Source: an uncultured virus (IMG/VR IMGVR_UViG_3300010220_000093) (Duplodnaviria > Heunggongvirae > Uroviricota > Caudoviricetes). Taken from it: a stretch of DNA of 64,000 nucleotides. The stretch is from IMG/VR virus record IMGVR_UViG_3300010220_000093, positions 1 to 64,000 of that record. One strand, given 5' to 3'. The number at the start of each line of letters is the position of its first letter. Within the stretch, counting starts at the first letter, position 1. The notes beneath the pieces were generated by a model. That model was not told the DNA's origin, did not search any database, and was given only the letters and a program-made list of their open reading frames with translations. Below, one piece after another: positions 19,247 to 28,486 of this stretch. The position numbers were made by a program, and so were the translations under genes.

Positions 19247-20221
19247 TTAGGCTGGCAAGGTTGTGAGAGAGTTTGGACCTTCCGGCGAACGCGGCGAGAT
19301 CACCTCGACACTGTCGCCCCATCTCGCCAGATACCACGCCATTTCCTGCTGCCCACCGGCGCGGAACCGGACCATTAGCGAACCATCCTCAAGCCGCTCC
19401 ATGACCTGCTTGGGGTGGAAAACATGGCCCGCCGCTTCATCCGCCACGTCGGGTAGAAACCGCCACGCGACATCCTGCGGCTCCTCGCGCCAGATGCCGA
19501 AGCTCTCCGACAGCCATTCCTGAAGGTCGAACCCTTCGGGGCGGGTATAGATGTCGGGTTCCAACGAAACCCGTTCAAAGCCGGCGAGGGAGAACAATCG
19601 CAGGTCGTCTTGATACTCGCCCCAGGCCAGCAGGTATTGGCGGCCTTGCCCGAACAGCATGGCAATGGGGCCAATGCGGGTGTTGCGCGACAGTTTCCCT
19701 GTGCTACGCGCCCGGTGATCGGCTGAGATCATGACGCCCGCCAGAATCGCTTCGCGCAGAGTCGCCAGTATCTCGGGCGAGATATTTTCACGCGGGCCGG
19801 GTCGAAAGGCGACCCCATCGGCCATCAGTTGCGCTTCAAGGTCGACCGCAATCATCCGGCGGCGATCTGCACGGAACATGGCCTGCACCTTGGCAAGCAA
19901 TCGCTCCAGTGTTTCAGCGCTCTGTTCGTCGCCTTCGCGCCTGGCAATCGCCGCGGCACGGTGGCCGGCGGCCAACTCGTCCAGTGTCGGTTCGACCATC
20001 CTGCCAAGGGAACCGGGCGGAAACCGCCAGTATTTTCGCCCGGCGTCACCGCCGAGTTCCTCGATCTGCGGATAGGTATTGCGCAGCGCATCGCGCATGC
20101 GTTCGGCCGTGCGGCGCGAAACCGAGAATTCGCGCTGGATGTCCGCAAGGCAGATGCCTTCGGCCGAGCCCTGCATCATCAGGGCCAGTTTCTGCAAATC
20201 TTCCTGACGGGCGTAGCGCAT
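19247..20221 (-). CDS. HTH-WYL-WCX transcriptional regulator (PafB/C, YafY-like)
   Basis: FSVSRRTAERMRDAL HTH; RQYLLAW..LRLFSL WYL; WCX-like EMAWYLARWGDSVEVISP; ATG 20221 has a GGAGAA RBS. Confidence 0.88.
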   Translation of the reverse strand: MRYARQEDLQKLALMMQGSAEGICLADIQREFSVSRRTAERMRDALRNTYPQIEELGGDAGRKYWRFPPGSLGRMVEPTLDELAAGHRAAAIARREGDEQSAETLERLLAKVQAMFRADRRRMIAVDLEAQLMADGVAFRPGPRENISPEILATLREAILAGVMISADHRARSTGKLSRNTRIGPIAMLFGQGRQYLLAWGEYQDDLRLFSLAGFERVSLEPDIYTRPEGFDLQEWLSESFGIWREEPQDVAWRFLPDVADEAAGHVFHPKQVMERLEDGSLMVRFRAGGQQEMAWYLARWGDSVEVISPRSPEGPNSLTTLPA

Positions 20222-20270
20222 GGGTTCTCCGGACAATATCATGCCAGCTTCGCGGCGCGGCGATTTCGCG

Positions 20271-22274
20271 TCAACGGCCAAAGCCGATCGGGCGTGCTGC
20301 CCCCTCCTTTGCCTCCATCTCGCGACTCAGCTCATGCAGGATGTCATCAGGCCTCGTTAGGCCCAAGGCATGCATCCTGCGGGCGACATTGGCGAAATCT
20401 CCGGGCGCGAGTCGATCAAGCCGCAACAGGCTTTTGGGAAGCTCCGCCGGAAAATGGGCCTGCCATGCGAGGGCAAGCTGATTACCGGAGAGGTGATCGA
20501 AACGGATGCGAAAGGTAAAGCGGCGCTGTGTCGCCGGATCGAGATTTTCGATCAGGTTCGTGGTGCAGACGAAAGGCAGCGGGTGGTTTTCCATCCAGGT
20601 CAGCATCTCGTTGACCTGAGTGACCTCCCAGTTACGCTGTGCATTCCTGCGATCCGCAAGCAGACTGTCGGCTTCGTCAAAGATCAGCAGCGCCCCGTTG
20701 GCGCGCGCTTCGGCAAAGGCGCGGGCGATGTTCTTTTCGCTCTCGCCCACCCATTTCGAGATCAAATCCGAGGCACGCTTTTCCACCACGGGCATGCCGA
20801 TCACTTGCGCCAGATGGCGGGCCCAGGCGCTTTTGCCGGTACCAGCCGGACCGTCGAGGCAGAAACTGATCCGCCGGGGGGCATCCGGTGCTGCCAGCCG
20901 CGCCTCGATCAGGCGCAGATCCGTGTCGGTATTGGCGAGAGCCGGCTGCCACGGCACCTCGGAGTGGTGACGTGGGGGCGCATCGACGCCACCTCCGGCT
21001 AGCCGCGCCGCCGCGTCCAGCACCTGTGACACCATATTGTGACCGCCCTCGCAGAGCCGCGCCACCCGCATCGCGTCCGAGACCAGCGCCGGCGCCTGAT
21101 CGTGGCGCTCGACCAGTCGCGGCAAGGCGTCCGCCGGGATGCCGACGGTATGGCGCGCTTCCAGCCGCTGCCAGATCCGCGCGCGCACTCGACCGGAGGG
21201 GGGGCGCATCAATGCAGAATAGCTCATCCGGCGCAGGAACGCGGGATCGCAGTACTCGACCGAGTTCGTGGTCCAGATCACCGGGATCGGATTCATCTCC
21301 AGCATCCGGTTGGCATGAACCTTTGACGGGCGGTCACGGTCGAAGAACGGGCTGGCGCCGCCAAACAGGTCCTCCATCTCGTCAAAAAGCAGGATCGTGT
21401 CGGATCGCTCGCCCAGCATCCGGCAGGCCATAGCCATTTCGGACAGCCGTTCGCGGCGCGATGGTTCGCCGCCGTCGTCATCGGCTTCGCCGACGGCACG
21501 AAGCTCGCCGCCGACCTCGCTGGCCAGGACCTTGGCAAACTCGGTCTTGCCGGTGCCGGGAGGTCCGTAGAGAAGAATATTCACGCCTCGTGCGCGGTTG
21601 GCCAGAGCCCGGGCGGTCAGATCGCGCATGATCTCTGCATCACGCCCCAACCCTTCAAAGTCCTGCCACTCGGCTTGCGGTTGTTGTGCCGCCGGAAACA
21701 TGAGGCCGATCAGATCGCTGACACCGCGCACATCCGCCAGAAGTGCAGCCAGAAGCCTGTCCGACAGATCGAAGGGAATCCGATTATAATGTCGGCCACG
21801 ATTGCGCTGCACCAACCCCGAGGTGACGAGCCGCGATGACGGGCGTAGAGTTGCCCGGATCTCCGGCTCTTCTGCCTGGCAGAACCAGGACAGCAGGAGC
21901 GGGATCGTCACCTCCTTTGTTTCTAGCGCACCATCGACGACATGCTCAAAGCCGTCGAACACCTTGTAGAGAGTGGCGAAGGTCAGGATTCCGACTTCGA
22001 CAGTCGACAGACCGAAATGTGCGCCGAGAAGGGCGCAGTTGCGGCTCAGGATTTCGCCCTCGCCCCCTCCGGCCTGCGGCACCAGGTTGCGGCTGATCTG
22101 GCGAATCTTCTCCCACCAGGTCGCACCGGGACGCGCCCGGGGACGTTCCGGGCATTCAACTTCGGTCAGATATTCCAGCCAGCCGGGCAGTTCCTTCGCC
22201 ACGCGGCTGGTAGGGCCAAAGCGGCTGGCCAGGCAGGCGATAAGGTCAAAGGTGAGGTGGTGTTCGTGGCTCAT
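20271..22274 (-). CDS. Tandem AAA+ ATPase
   Basis: GPPGTGKT/LLFDEMED and GPAGTGKS/IFDEADS...TTN...LDPATQRRF. Confidence 0.9.
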   Translation of the reverse strand: MSHEHHLTFDLIACLASRFGPTSRVAKELPGWLEYLTEVECPERPRARPGATWWEKIRQISRNLVPQAGGGEGEILSRNCALLGAHFGLSTVEVGILTFATLYKVFDGFEHVVDGALETKEVTIPLLLSWFCQAEEPEIRATLRPSSRLVTSGLVQRNRGRHYNRIPFDLSDRLLAALLADVRGVSDLIGLMFPAAQQPQAEWQDFEGLGRDAEIMRDLTARALANRARGVNILLYGPPGTGKTEFAKVLASEVGGELRAVGEADDDGGEPSRRERLSEMAMACRMLGERSDTILLFDEMEDLFGGASPFFDRDRPSKVHANRMLEMNPIPVIWTTNSVEYCDPAFLRRMSYSALMRPPSGRVRARIWQRLEARHTVGIPADALPRLVERHDQAPALVSDAMRVARLCEGGHNMVSQVLDAAARLAGGGVDAPPRHHSEVPWQPALANTDTDLRLIEARLAAPDAPRRISFCLDGPAGTGKSAWARHLAQVIGMPVVEKRASDLISKWVGESEKNIARAFAEARANGALLIFDEADSLLADRRNAQRNWEVTQVNEMLTWMENHPLPFVCTTNLIENLDPATQRRFTFRIRFDHLSGNQLALAWQAHFPAELPKSLLRLDRLAPGDFANVARRMHALGLTRPDDILHELSREMEAKEGAARPIGFGR

Positions 22275-22311
22275 GTCGTTCTCCGTCTTTCACGACAGAG
22301 ATAGGACGCGA

Positions 22312-22332
22312 ATACGCCAGATACGGACGTAT
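22312..22332. promoter_or_regulatory. Second copy of the putative WYL operator
   Basis: ATACGCC-N7-GACGTAT, about 38 nt upstream of the AAA start. Confidence 0.6.
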
Positions 22333-22630
22333 CCCTATTCGAGATTCAAGTTGCGTAGGGGTGTTTGTCGATCATCTGCTGCCTAAGCGCCACGTGGAGT
22401 TGACCTATAGGTGGCATCGACAGGTCAGGATCATATGTCTATTTTCTTTCGATCCATCGACACATTGTTCGTAAGGTCAGTGGCTCGTCAACAAACGGAT
22501 CGACATTCGGAAAGAGACCAACAGCGCATATCGGGAGGCGGTTCGCAGCGAGCCTGATCGTCTGGAAATCTGCTATGAGACGGGCCGGTAACGCGATTGC
22601 TCAAAGTATAACAGTGAGTTATACTAAGCA

Positions 22631-22694
22631 GCAAGCTTCGGGATCTGACGCTCGACCAATCGCAAGTATCGTTGGTTGCGCGCCCCCGCAACCA
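22631..22694 (+). repeat. att-like direct repeat copy 2, ending in tRNA-Met-like GCCCCCGCAACCA
   Basis: Differs from 5755-5817 by 3 substitutions and a 1-nt indel. Confidence 0.8.
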
Positions 22695-22831
22695 AAAAGA
22701 CGCGTCTTATCAAAGACTTCAAAGCCGAGCATAACGCTCGGCTTTCGTCATTCCAAATTCTTGTCAACACCTGGTCAACGTTTTGCGAGCCCCCCATCGA
22801 CGGTGCGGATAATCGTCGCCGGACGCTGCAA

Positions 22832-23689
22832 TCATGCCGCCGCCCTGCATGCCGGTTCAAGCCAAGCCCAGATCTCCGCAGTGACCTCTGCGAGCGGGCG
22901 TCCTTCGAGAGCCGTTCCCTCCGAGTAGGCCCGCCATTGCGTCATCTTTGCCGGGTCGGTCGAGAACTCCTCCGACAGACCGACAGGGCAGGCGGCTGGA
23001 ACAATCGTATCGCGTCGAGCGAAGGTTCCTCGGATCGCGACCGTGAGGTCGCTCATGTCGATGTTGACGGACTTCGGCAAGGTCCACAGATCATAGAGAT
23101 CCTTCATCCGGCTGTTTGCCACGCCCAGCGCCACCACGGCCTGGAACTTCTCGGCGATGACCGTTGCCGGTGAATAGGCGCGGATCGATGCGGCGGGGAA
23201 GTCGAGCAGGGAGCCGTACTCGATCTCGAATTGCGGATCGGCCAAGGCATCGCCGAAGCCGAGGTCTACGGTGATCGGAATGCGCGTGTTGCCCAAGCGG
23301 GCTTCGGTCCGGAGCCGCATCCCGCCATAGATCTGGTCTTCTCGAATGGCGACGGCCGTTAGGCTTTCAATGTCATAGACCAGCCCATCATCGCCATCTA
23401 TGGCGAGTATCCGGGAGAAGGCAGTCTTCAGTTCCGCCTCCTCGTCAGAACCGAACGCCAGGAAGTCGATGTCCCGGGTAAAGCGGCCAGTGTCAGCCGT
23501 CCACAAGGTGACGAGCATGCCACCCTTCAAGACGAAGCGGTCGCGATATTCAGAGACCGACAGCCGGTACACCAGTCGTTCGAGGCCAAAGGCCACCAGC
23601 ACCACATCGAACAGCTGTCCTTCCGCACGGGCCAAGTTCAGAAGGCGCTGACGTACGGAGGCCGCGATGTCCTTGGCGTGCTTAGCCAT
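22832..23689 (-). CDS. abiEii: AbiEii/AbiGii nucleotidyltransferase toxin (type IV TA)
   Basis: ASVRQRLLN, FVLKGG, RFTRDIDF, AEKFQA, NSRMKDLYD. Confidence 0.92.
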   Translation of the reverse strand: MAKHAKDIAASVRQRLLNLARAEGQLFDVVLVAFGLERLVYRLSVSEYRDRFVLKGGMLVTLWTADTGRFTRDIDFLAFGSDEEAELKTAFSRILAIDGDDGLVYDIESLTAVAIREDQIYGGMRLRTEARLGNTRIPITVDLGFGDALADPQFEIEYGSLLDFPAASIRAYSPATVIAEKFQAVVALGVANSRMKDLYDLWTLPKSVNIDMSDLTVAIRGTFARRDTIVPAACPVGLSEEFSTDPAKMTQWRAYSEGTALEGRPLAEVTAEIWAWLEPACRAAA

Positions 23690-24302
23690 TTGACGTCAGG
23701 GCCTCCAGATAGGGGCGCATCTGGTTCCAGGCGCCGTTCTCGTGCGCCGCTGTCGCGAGCTGACCCGCCGTAGCCTTCCTCGCGCCCAGCGCCGCCTTCA
23801 TCGCCTCGATGGTTACGGATCGGTCCACCAGCTTCGGGTTACGGAATGCGTCGGCAATCGTCTTGGCGATGGAATAGACTCGAACCTCCGTCTCCCCGAT
23901 CCGATGGACCTCGGTGCCATTGGTCAGGTAGGGCTCACGGAAACGCACGATGCGGATGCGAGGGTATTCGATCTTCGGTGCCCAATCCTTCGCACCGATG
24001 GCGATCCACACCCGGCGTGGAAGTTGGTCGGTCAGCTGATGAAACGACAGTGCCGACGTCAGGCAGATGACGGCCTTTGGTGCGAGCTTGGCAATCTCGA
24101 CCAGCCCAGCATGAAGTTCTGGCTCGCTGTCGCCCAGCTGGTACAGTCCCCGCCCGATCCGCACCACCACGCCATCTGCCACCGCCCTCGCGATGGTGGT
24201 TCCGCTCACGCCGATGGACGCCAGATCCCTTGAACGAGCTGTTGCATGGACTTCCATGTAGTCGATCATGCGGGCGCGCTGGCCCTGATCCGTCGCAAGC
24301 AT
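23682..24302 (-). CDS. abiEi: AbiEi antitoxin / transcriptional regulator
   Basis: RIGRGLY, ICLTSALSFHQLTDQLP, KTIADAFR; start refined to ATG 24302. Confidence 0.88.
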   Translation of the reverse strand: MLATDQGQRARMIDYMEVHATARSRDLASIGVSGTTIARAVADGVVVRIGRGLYQLGDSEPELHAGLVEIAKLAPKAVICLTSALSFHQLTDQLPRRVWIAIGAKDWAPKIEYPRIRIVRFREPYLTNGTEVHRIGETEVRVYSIAKTIADAFRNPKLVDRSVTIEAMKAALGARKATAGQLATAAHENGAWNQMRPYLEALTSNG

Positions 24303-24351
24303 TGTTACAAAACCTCGGACACAAGTGCATCCTGTCCTAGGTTTTGTAACA
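24303..24351. promoter_or_regulatory. AbiE autoregulatory inverted repeat
   Basis: TGTTACAAAACCTCGGACA-N11-TGTCCTAGGTTTTGTAACA (18/19 match) abutting the abiEi start. Confidence 0.8.
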
Positions 24352-24532
24352 TGCCGCTCGGCTTCACGCAACCTGCGCAGGTCCGCACCCCACGGCGTCA
24401 TCATGTTCAATCACCGCAGATTTTGCGGAGATTAGACCCGCTATTCTCCGCACGACTGTTCCATAGTCGGATCTTGCCGTTCGATGAACCTTGGAACGGA
24501 TGGCACCCGGATCACGAGAAACGGCTGATCCG

Positions 24533-24790
24533 TCAAATGCGGTTGCGCGCGATCACCTCCGCGGCCGACGACGGATGGTAGGTGGATTCTGGGGCGCTGA
24601 ACCCAGCGACAAGTTCCACCCGCAGCTGCGTAAAGGCCGCGGCCTCCTGGCTTGCCATTTCGCGCCGGATCAGGTCTTCAACATAGGCGCAGACGGATTG
24701 ATTGGGCCCTGCGTCGCTCACCATCAACGTCAGGAGCTCGTGCAGTTCCTCATCGATTTCCAGTGTCGTCGTTCTGGGTCGGGCCGTCAT
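24533..24790 (-). CDS. Orphan ParD-like ribbon-helix-helix antitoxin
   Basis: SVCAYVEDLIRRE...AFTQLRVEL..GF.APES.Y....A.EVIARN pattern; no ParE neighbour. Confidence 0.6.
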   Translation of the reverse strand: MTARPRTTTLEIDEELHELLTLMVSDAGPNQSVCAYVEDLIRREMASQEAAAFTQLRVELVAGFSAPESTYHPSSAAEVIARNRI

Positions 24791-24800
24791 CCGTCTCTTC

Positions 24801-25676
24801 CTATTCGCTGTCAGCTTGAGCGTCGGCGACCTCACGGCCGCAGTCGGGACACGCAGTTTCTGTCCTTGAGAACGCAAATCCGCACTCGAGGCGTGGCTTC
24901 AGATCAGTCATGTCCTCCAGGAAAGCGCAACGCTTGCACAGCGTCTTTGTGTGCTTCAGCGACAGATACTCCCGGAAATCCGCAAGCCATGCGAGAATGG
25001 CTCCGCGCTTCCAATCGCCTTCCCAGTTTGTCGCCTTCTCACGCCAAGCCATATACTTCCGCGCGCGGATACCGCGTTTCTGGGCTGCTGTGAGGGCTTC
25101 CTTCTTCGCCGGAACCTCGAATACGTGACCGCAATAGCCCCGCCCGACCGGACTGTTGCAGATCCACGTTCCCGCCTTCTTGCGAAACTGAATCGACAGG
25201 CTGAAGCACAGAGGGCAGCAGTCCCGCATTTCCGGAACTACGTCGTCCCGGATCGCGTAGCACTCCTCCCGCAACTCAGCGCGATAGTCGTGGGCTGGTT
25301 CCCGCGACTCATATTCAGCCTTGGCCTTGTCCAAATAGGGCTGAACACGGGGAATTCTCACAGTGTGCTGCAGAACAAGTACAGCTTCATGGTCGGCGCC
25401 GCATGTTGCGCATTCCGAACCAAGGAATTGAACCCTGGCGCGCTTCCAGTTTTTCCAGTGCCAAGGCGGGCCATGCTTCCGTCTTGCGACGAAGATTTCG
25501 CGCGCAGCTTCTTGGCCCGTCATGGTCCGCCTGTCGAGGGCGTCTTGCACACGCTGGAACTCAAAGGGCCATTCAATCATGAGACAATACCGCTGATCGG
25601 GAACATCGCGCTTCGGCTCAGAAATCGGTGCCGAGGCCCAAACTATGTCATCATTGGCACGCCCGCGCTTGGTCAC
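24801..25676 (-). CDS. Cys-rich hypothetical protein (HNH-like / Zn-ribbon)
   Basis: CATC, CPLC, C..CGH, CKRC, CPDC motifs; start uncertain. Confidence 0.55.
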   Translation of the reverse strand: MTKRGRANDDIVWASAPISEPKRDVPDQRYCLMIEWPFEFQRVQDALDRRTMTGQEAAREIFVARRKHGPPWHWKNWKRARVQFLGSECATCGADHEAVLVLQHTVRIPRVQPYLDKAKAEYESREPAHDYRAELREECYAIRDDVVPEMRDCCPLCFSLSIQFRKKAGTWICNSPVGRGYCGHVFEVPAKKEALTAAQKRGIRARKYMAWREKATNWEGDWKRGAILAWLADFREYLSLKHTKTLCKRCAFLEDMTDLKPRLECGFAFSRTETACPDCGREVADAQADSE

Positions 25677-25917
25677 GCAAGACAGCGTAGTCGCTCAGCA
25701 TCCGGACGATGACCGCGCCTTCCGGCAAAGCCTCTACCTCGTCGTCCGCCCGCGCCTGCTCGGCGGCCGTGTATTCGACCACAGGCGGGCAAGGCGCGCG
25801 TGTCTCAGAACCGTCCGTCGCGCAGGCGCTCAGCCAAAGCATCGCGATCATGAGGACGGCGGGTGGCGGCGTCGAGCATCTGGCGGTGGATGGCATCGTT
25901 TCTCTCTCGGGCATCAA
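25651..25917 (-). CDS. Rz1-like o-spanin lipoprotein
   Basis: Lipobox LSAC, Pro-rich segment, overlaps the i-spanin; start uncertain. Confidence 0.65.
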   Translation of the reverse strand: MMPERETMPSTARCSTPPPAVLMIAMLWLSACATDGSETRAPCPPVVEYTAAEQARADDEVEALPEGAVIVRMLSDYAVLRDQARACQ

Positions 25918-26050
25918 GCCGTTCGGCGGCGCGCCCAGCGCGTTCGCCTGCGCGGCGCAGGTTCATGAGGAACAGCAGGATCACTGCTGCGGCGAGGATC
26001 ACGCCCAGCGCTTTTCGCGCCGGGCCATGGGTCAGGAGCCAAAGGATCAC
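25805..26050 (-). CDS. Rz-like i-spanin
   Basis: GTG overlapping the endolysin stop; N-terminal TM plus charged helical tail. Confidence 0.65.
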   Translation of the reverse strand: MILWLLTHGPARKALGVILAAAVILLFLMNLRRAGERAGRAAERLDARERNDAIHRQMLDAATRRPHDRDALAERLRDGRF

Positions 26051-26724
26051 CGCTGGCCCCGCTTCCAGTCGTCGATCCGGGCATGGATGGTGACGGCGAT
26101 CCCGAGGAGCGCCACGGCGATGAACACCCAGCGGAGCGCATCGAGATACGGCACCAGCGGCAGGATTGCGGATTGGGTCTCGCCGAGGACGCTTTGGGCG
26201 ACCTCCACCCCGGCCGCACCGACGGTCGCGGCACCGGCCGCCCCGCCACCACGCAGGGTGCGACTTTCCGACAGGACCTCGCGCGCAGGCGGCAGTTCCG
26301 GCGCGAAGGCCACAGGCCGCACCGGGAACCGCTCGCCCCACTGCCGGGCGGGCCCGAGATCGATGTGCATGAAGCCCGAGCGCGGATAGTATCCGAACCC
26401 CAGGAAACCGACCGCCCGCGCGGCCGCCTCGAAGGCCGCGGGATCGTGGTTCGCCATGGCGATATCGAAGGCGGTCGCCTGCATGTGCTTCGACGCAGGG
26501 GCCCCGCCCACAGCGCGATTGTGTTCCGGGCTGCGATACGCCGAGCGGATGATCAGCGGCTTGCCCAGCCGGTTGCGCAGGGCCTGCAGCTTGTCCATGG
26601 CTTCCGTGTTGATCTTGATTGCGCCGGTGCCGCGGCAGGCGATCTCGGCCGGGGAGAAGCTGGGCCAAGCTGCCCAAGCGCTGTCGGGCACATCGCGACA
26701 GGTGGTCCAAGTCAGAGTCGGCAT
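26047..26724 (-). CDS. Endolysin, peptidase M15 family, with hydrophobic C-terminus
   Basis: SAYRSPEHN..VGGA..SKHM..TAFD, FMHID; start refined to 26724. Confidence 0.85.
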   Translation of the reverse strand: MPTLTWTTCRDVPDSAWAAWPSFSPAEIACRGTGAIKINTEAMDKLQALRNRLGKPLIIRSAYRSPEHNRAVGGAPASKHMQATAFDIAMANHDPAAFEAAARAVGFLGFGYYPRSGFMHIDLGPARQWGERFPVRPVAFAPELPPAREVLSESRTLRGGGAAGAATVGAAGVEVAQSVLGETQSAILPLVPYLDALRWVFIAVALLGIAVTIHARIDDWKRGQR

Positions 26725-26736
26725 GGTGTATGCTCC

Positions 26737-26764
26737 AAAAGCAAAAGCCCGCCTCAAGGACGGG
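26737..26764 (-). terminator. Possible intrinsic terminator between holin and endolysin
   Basis: Bulged GC hairpin followed by TTTTGCTTTT on the minus strand. Confidence 0.35.
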
Positions 26765-26796
26765 GGTGGACGTTGTTCAGTATTGTTATGGGTCGT

Positions 26797-27105
26797 TCAG
26801 TCCGGTCGCGTGCGCTGGAAGGCATCGAAGAGCATGTCGCGCATGGCGCGGATGTCGGTCTCTATGCGGTCGAGCCGATCAGCATCCGCTTTGCGATCCT
26901 CGGCGCGCTGACGGTCAACGCGGTCGCGCTCATGAGCAAGTTCGCGGTCGAGTCGGTCAAGCAGCGCCTCGTTGGTGAAGGCTTTTCGGGTGACGGCGGC
27001 GGCGAGCGCCAGGGAGCCGCCGATCAGCGCAGTAAGGGCTGCGGTCAGGCCATGGTCGCGCAAGGCTTGTGCCGCGCCTTCGAGAAGGCCGGGTCTGCCG
27101 GTCAT
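26797..27105 (-). CDS. Putative holin-like membrane protein
   Basis: One TM segment plus coiled coil; directly before the endolysin. Confidence 0.55.
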   Translation of the reverse strand: MTGRPGLLEGAAQALRDHGLTAALTALIGGSLALAAAVTRKAFTNEALLDRLDRELAHERDRVDRQRAEDRKADADRLDRIETDIRAMRDMLFDAFQRTRPD

Positions 27106-27139
27106 GTCTGGATTCCTTGAGGGTAAGCGGTGGGCAGGG

Positions 27140-27613
27140 TCAGACCGTGGCGAAGTCGGTCCAGATCGTGTCGATCTCTTCCTCCGTCTTTCCCGCCGCC
27201 GCAGCGATCATCGCGGTCAACGGATCGAGCCGGTAGGCCATCTGGAAGGCTGCGAAGGTGACGCGAGCGTCCGTCTGGGAGGGCTCCGGCAAGGAGGCAA
27301 AGACGGATTCAAGGGCAGAAGGTACGGCTCCGGTCGCGGCGGCGGCCACTGCTTCGGTTGCCGTGATCAATCCCAGACGGTGCAGGGCGATGAAGACTTG
27401 GCGACGGGTAAGAGGTGGGATCATTGCCCGGATTTCCTCCGGTCCCGGTTCAGGAAGGGGCAGCGAGGCTGGATCCGGTACAAAGGGCAAGATGCTCGCC
27501 CAGACTGAGACGTCGCGCCAGAGCGGATGGCCCGGTTCGACGATCACCACATGACCGGAGGTGTCGGTCAGGGCGAGGATTGTGTGTTCTGCATTGCGCC
27601 ATTGGGCTTGCAT
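27140..27613 (-). CDS. Putative tail fibre assembly/chaperone protein
   Basis: Follows the tail fibre; LTRRQV...EEIDTIW pattern. Confidence 0.55.
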   Translation of the reverse strand: MQAQWRNAEHTILALTDTSGHVVIVEPGHPLWRDVSVWASILPFVPDPASLPLPEPGPEEIRAMIPPLTRRQVFIALHRLGLITATEAVAAAATGAVPSALESVFASLPEPSQTDARVTFAAFQMAYRLDPLTAMIAAAAGKTEEEIDTIWTDFATV

Positions 27614-27616
27614 GGC

Positions 27617-28486
27617 TCAGATTCCGATCAAAGCGCGTTGATCCGCGAGGTAGCGGACGTTGCGGATAAGTGATTGACTGGTACGCACAGTATCATTCCC
27701 ACTCGTATGCCCGGTCGCGCCGATGCGCAGGCAGATGGTTTGACCGGCGTTCAGGCTGACGTCGAGACTGCGTTCGGTCCAGCTGGTGAGGTTGGTGCTC
27801 CATTCCTGCAAGACAATACCGTCGCGCATGACGGCTGCGAACTGGTTGTTCCCGTCCCCACCGCGGGCCTGCTCGAAGCGGACCCGGAGCGCGCAACTCC
27901 GAGTTGCGGTCAAACCGGTCTCGCCCGCGAGTAGTGAGTAGACGGTCCCGCTGCCAGACTTGCTGAGTGAGATCGGCTCACTCCCTCCGCCGGAACAGTG
28001 CTTCAGCATGACGGTGTCCGCAGCGATCGTCGGCGCCATGGCATCGGCCGAGAGGTTCGAGACTTCCGCTACCAGCGCGCCGATGGCCTCCGCCACCCGC
28101 AAGGGCGTCATCAGCGTGGCATTGTCGGTGCCCGCCTGCGCCTGGGCGAGGCTGGCAAGGTTCAGGGTCGCCCCGTTGCCAAGCCCCAGGCCGGTGCGCT
28201 GCGCCGCGACCGTGGCGGCGGCGATCAGCGCCCGACCGACTTCGGAGCTGCCAGCCAGTTCGAACCCGCCCGGGGCCAGCGTCCCGACCGCGATCCATCC
28301 CGTATTCAGCGCATTGCGGATCTTCAGGACCGGATTGGCCCCCGAGGCATCGACCCAGAGCTGCCCCGCCGTGGGGGATGCGGGCGGCGTCGCCCCGAAG
28401 GCGCAGGACTGCAGTGCTGCCAGGATCAGGTTCAGCTCGGCGCGGAACTGCGCCCCGGACTGATTGGCAAGGTTGTAATCGACCAT
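27617..28486 (-). CDS. Tail fibre / receptor-binding protein
   Basis: Phage-type N-terminus, AQAGTDNATLMTPLR motif, beta-rich C-terminal domain. Confidence 0.7.
   Translation of the reverse strand: MVDYNLANQSGAQFRAELNLILAALQSCAFGATPPASPTAGQLWVDASGANPVLKIRNALNTGWIAVGTLAPGGFELAGSSEVGRALIAAATVAAQRTGLGLGNGATLNLASLAQAQAGTDNATLMTPLRVAEAIGALVAEVSNLSADAMAPTIAADTVMLKHCSGGGSEPISLSKSGSGTVYSLLAGETGLTATRSCALRVRFEQARGGDGNNQFAAVMRDGIVLQEWSTNLTSWTERSLDVSLNAGQTICLRIGATGHTSGNDTVRTSQSLIRNVRYLADQRALIGI

Larger units (their letters stand above)
5818..22694. mobile_element. Direct-repeat-bounded defence island segment
   Basis: Bracketed by att-like repeats; eight co-oriented minus-strand genes; no recombinase inside. 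Confidence 0.6.

Noticed and set aside
22624..22860. 78-aa ORF ending VAGARNQRYLRLVERQIPKLAA
   Set aside because: Only the tail looks meaningful; the upstream part overlaps abiEii and crosses the att junction.
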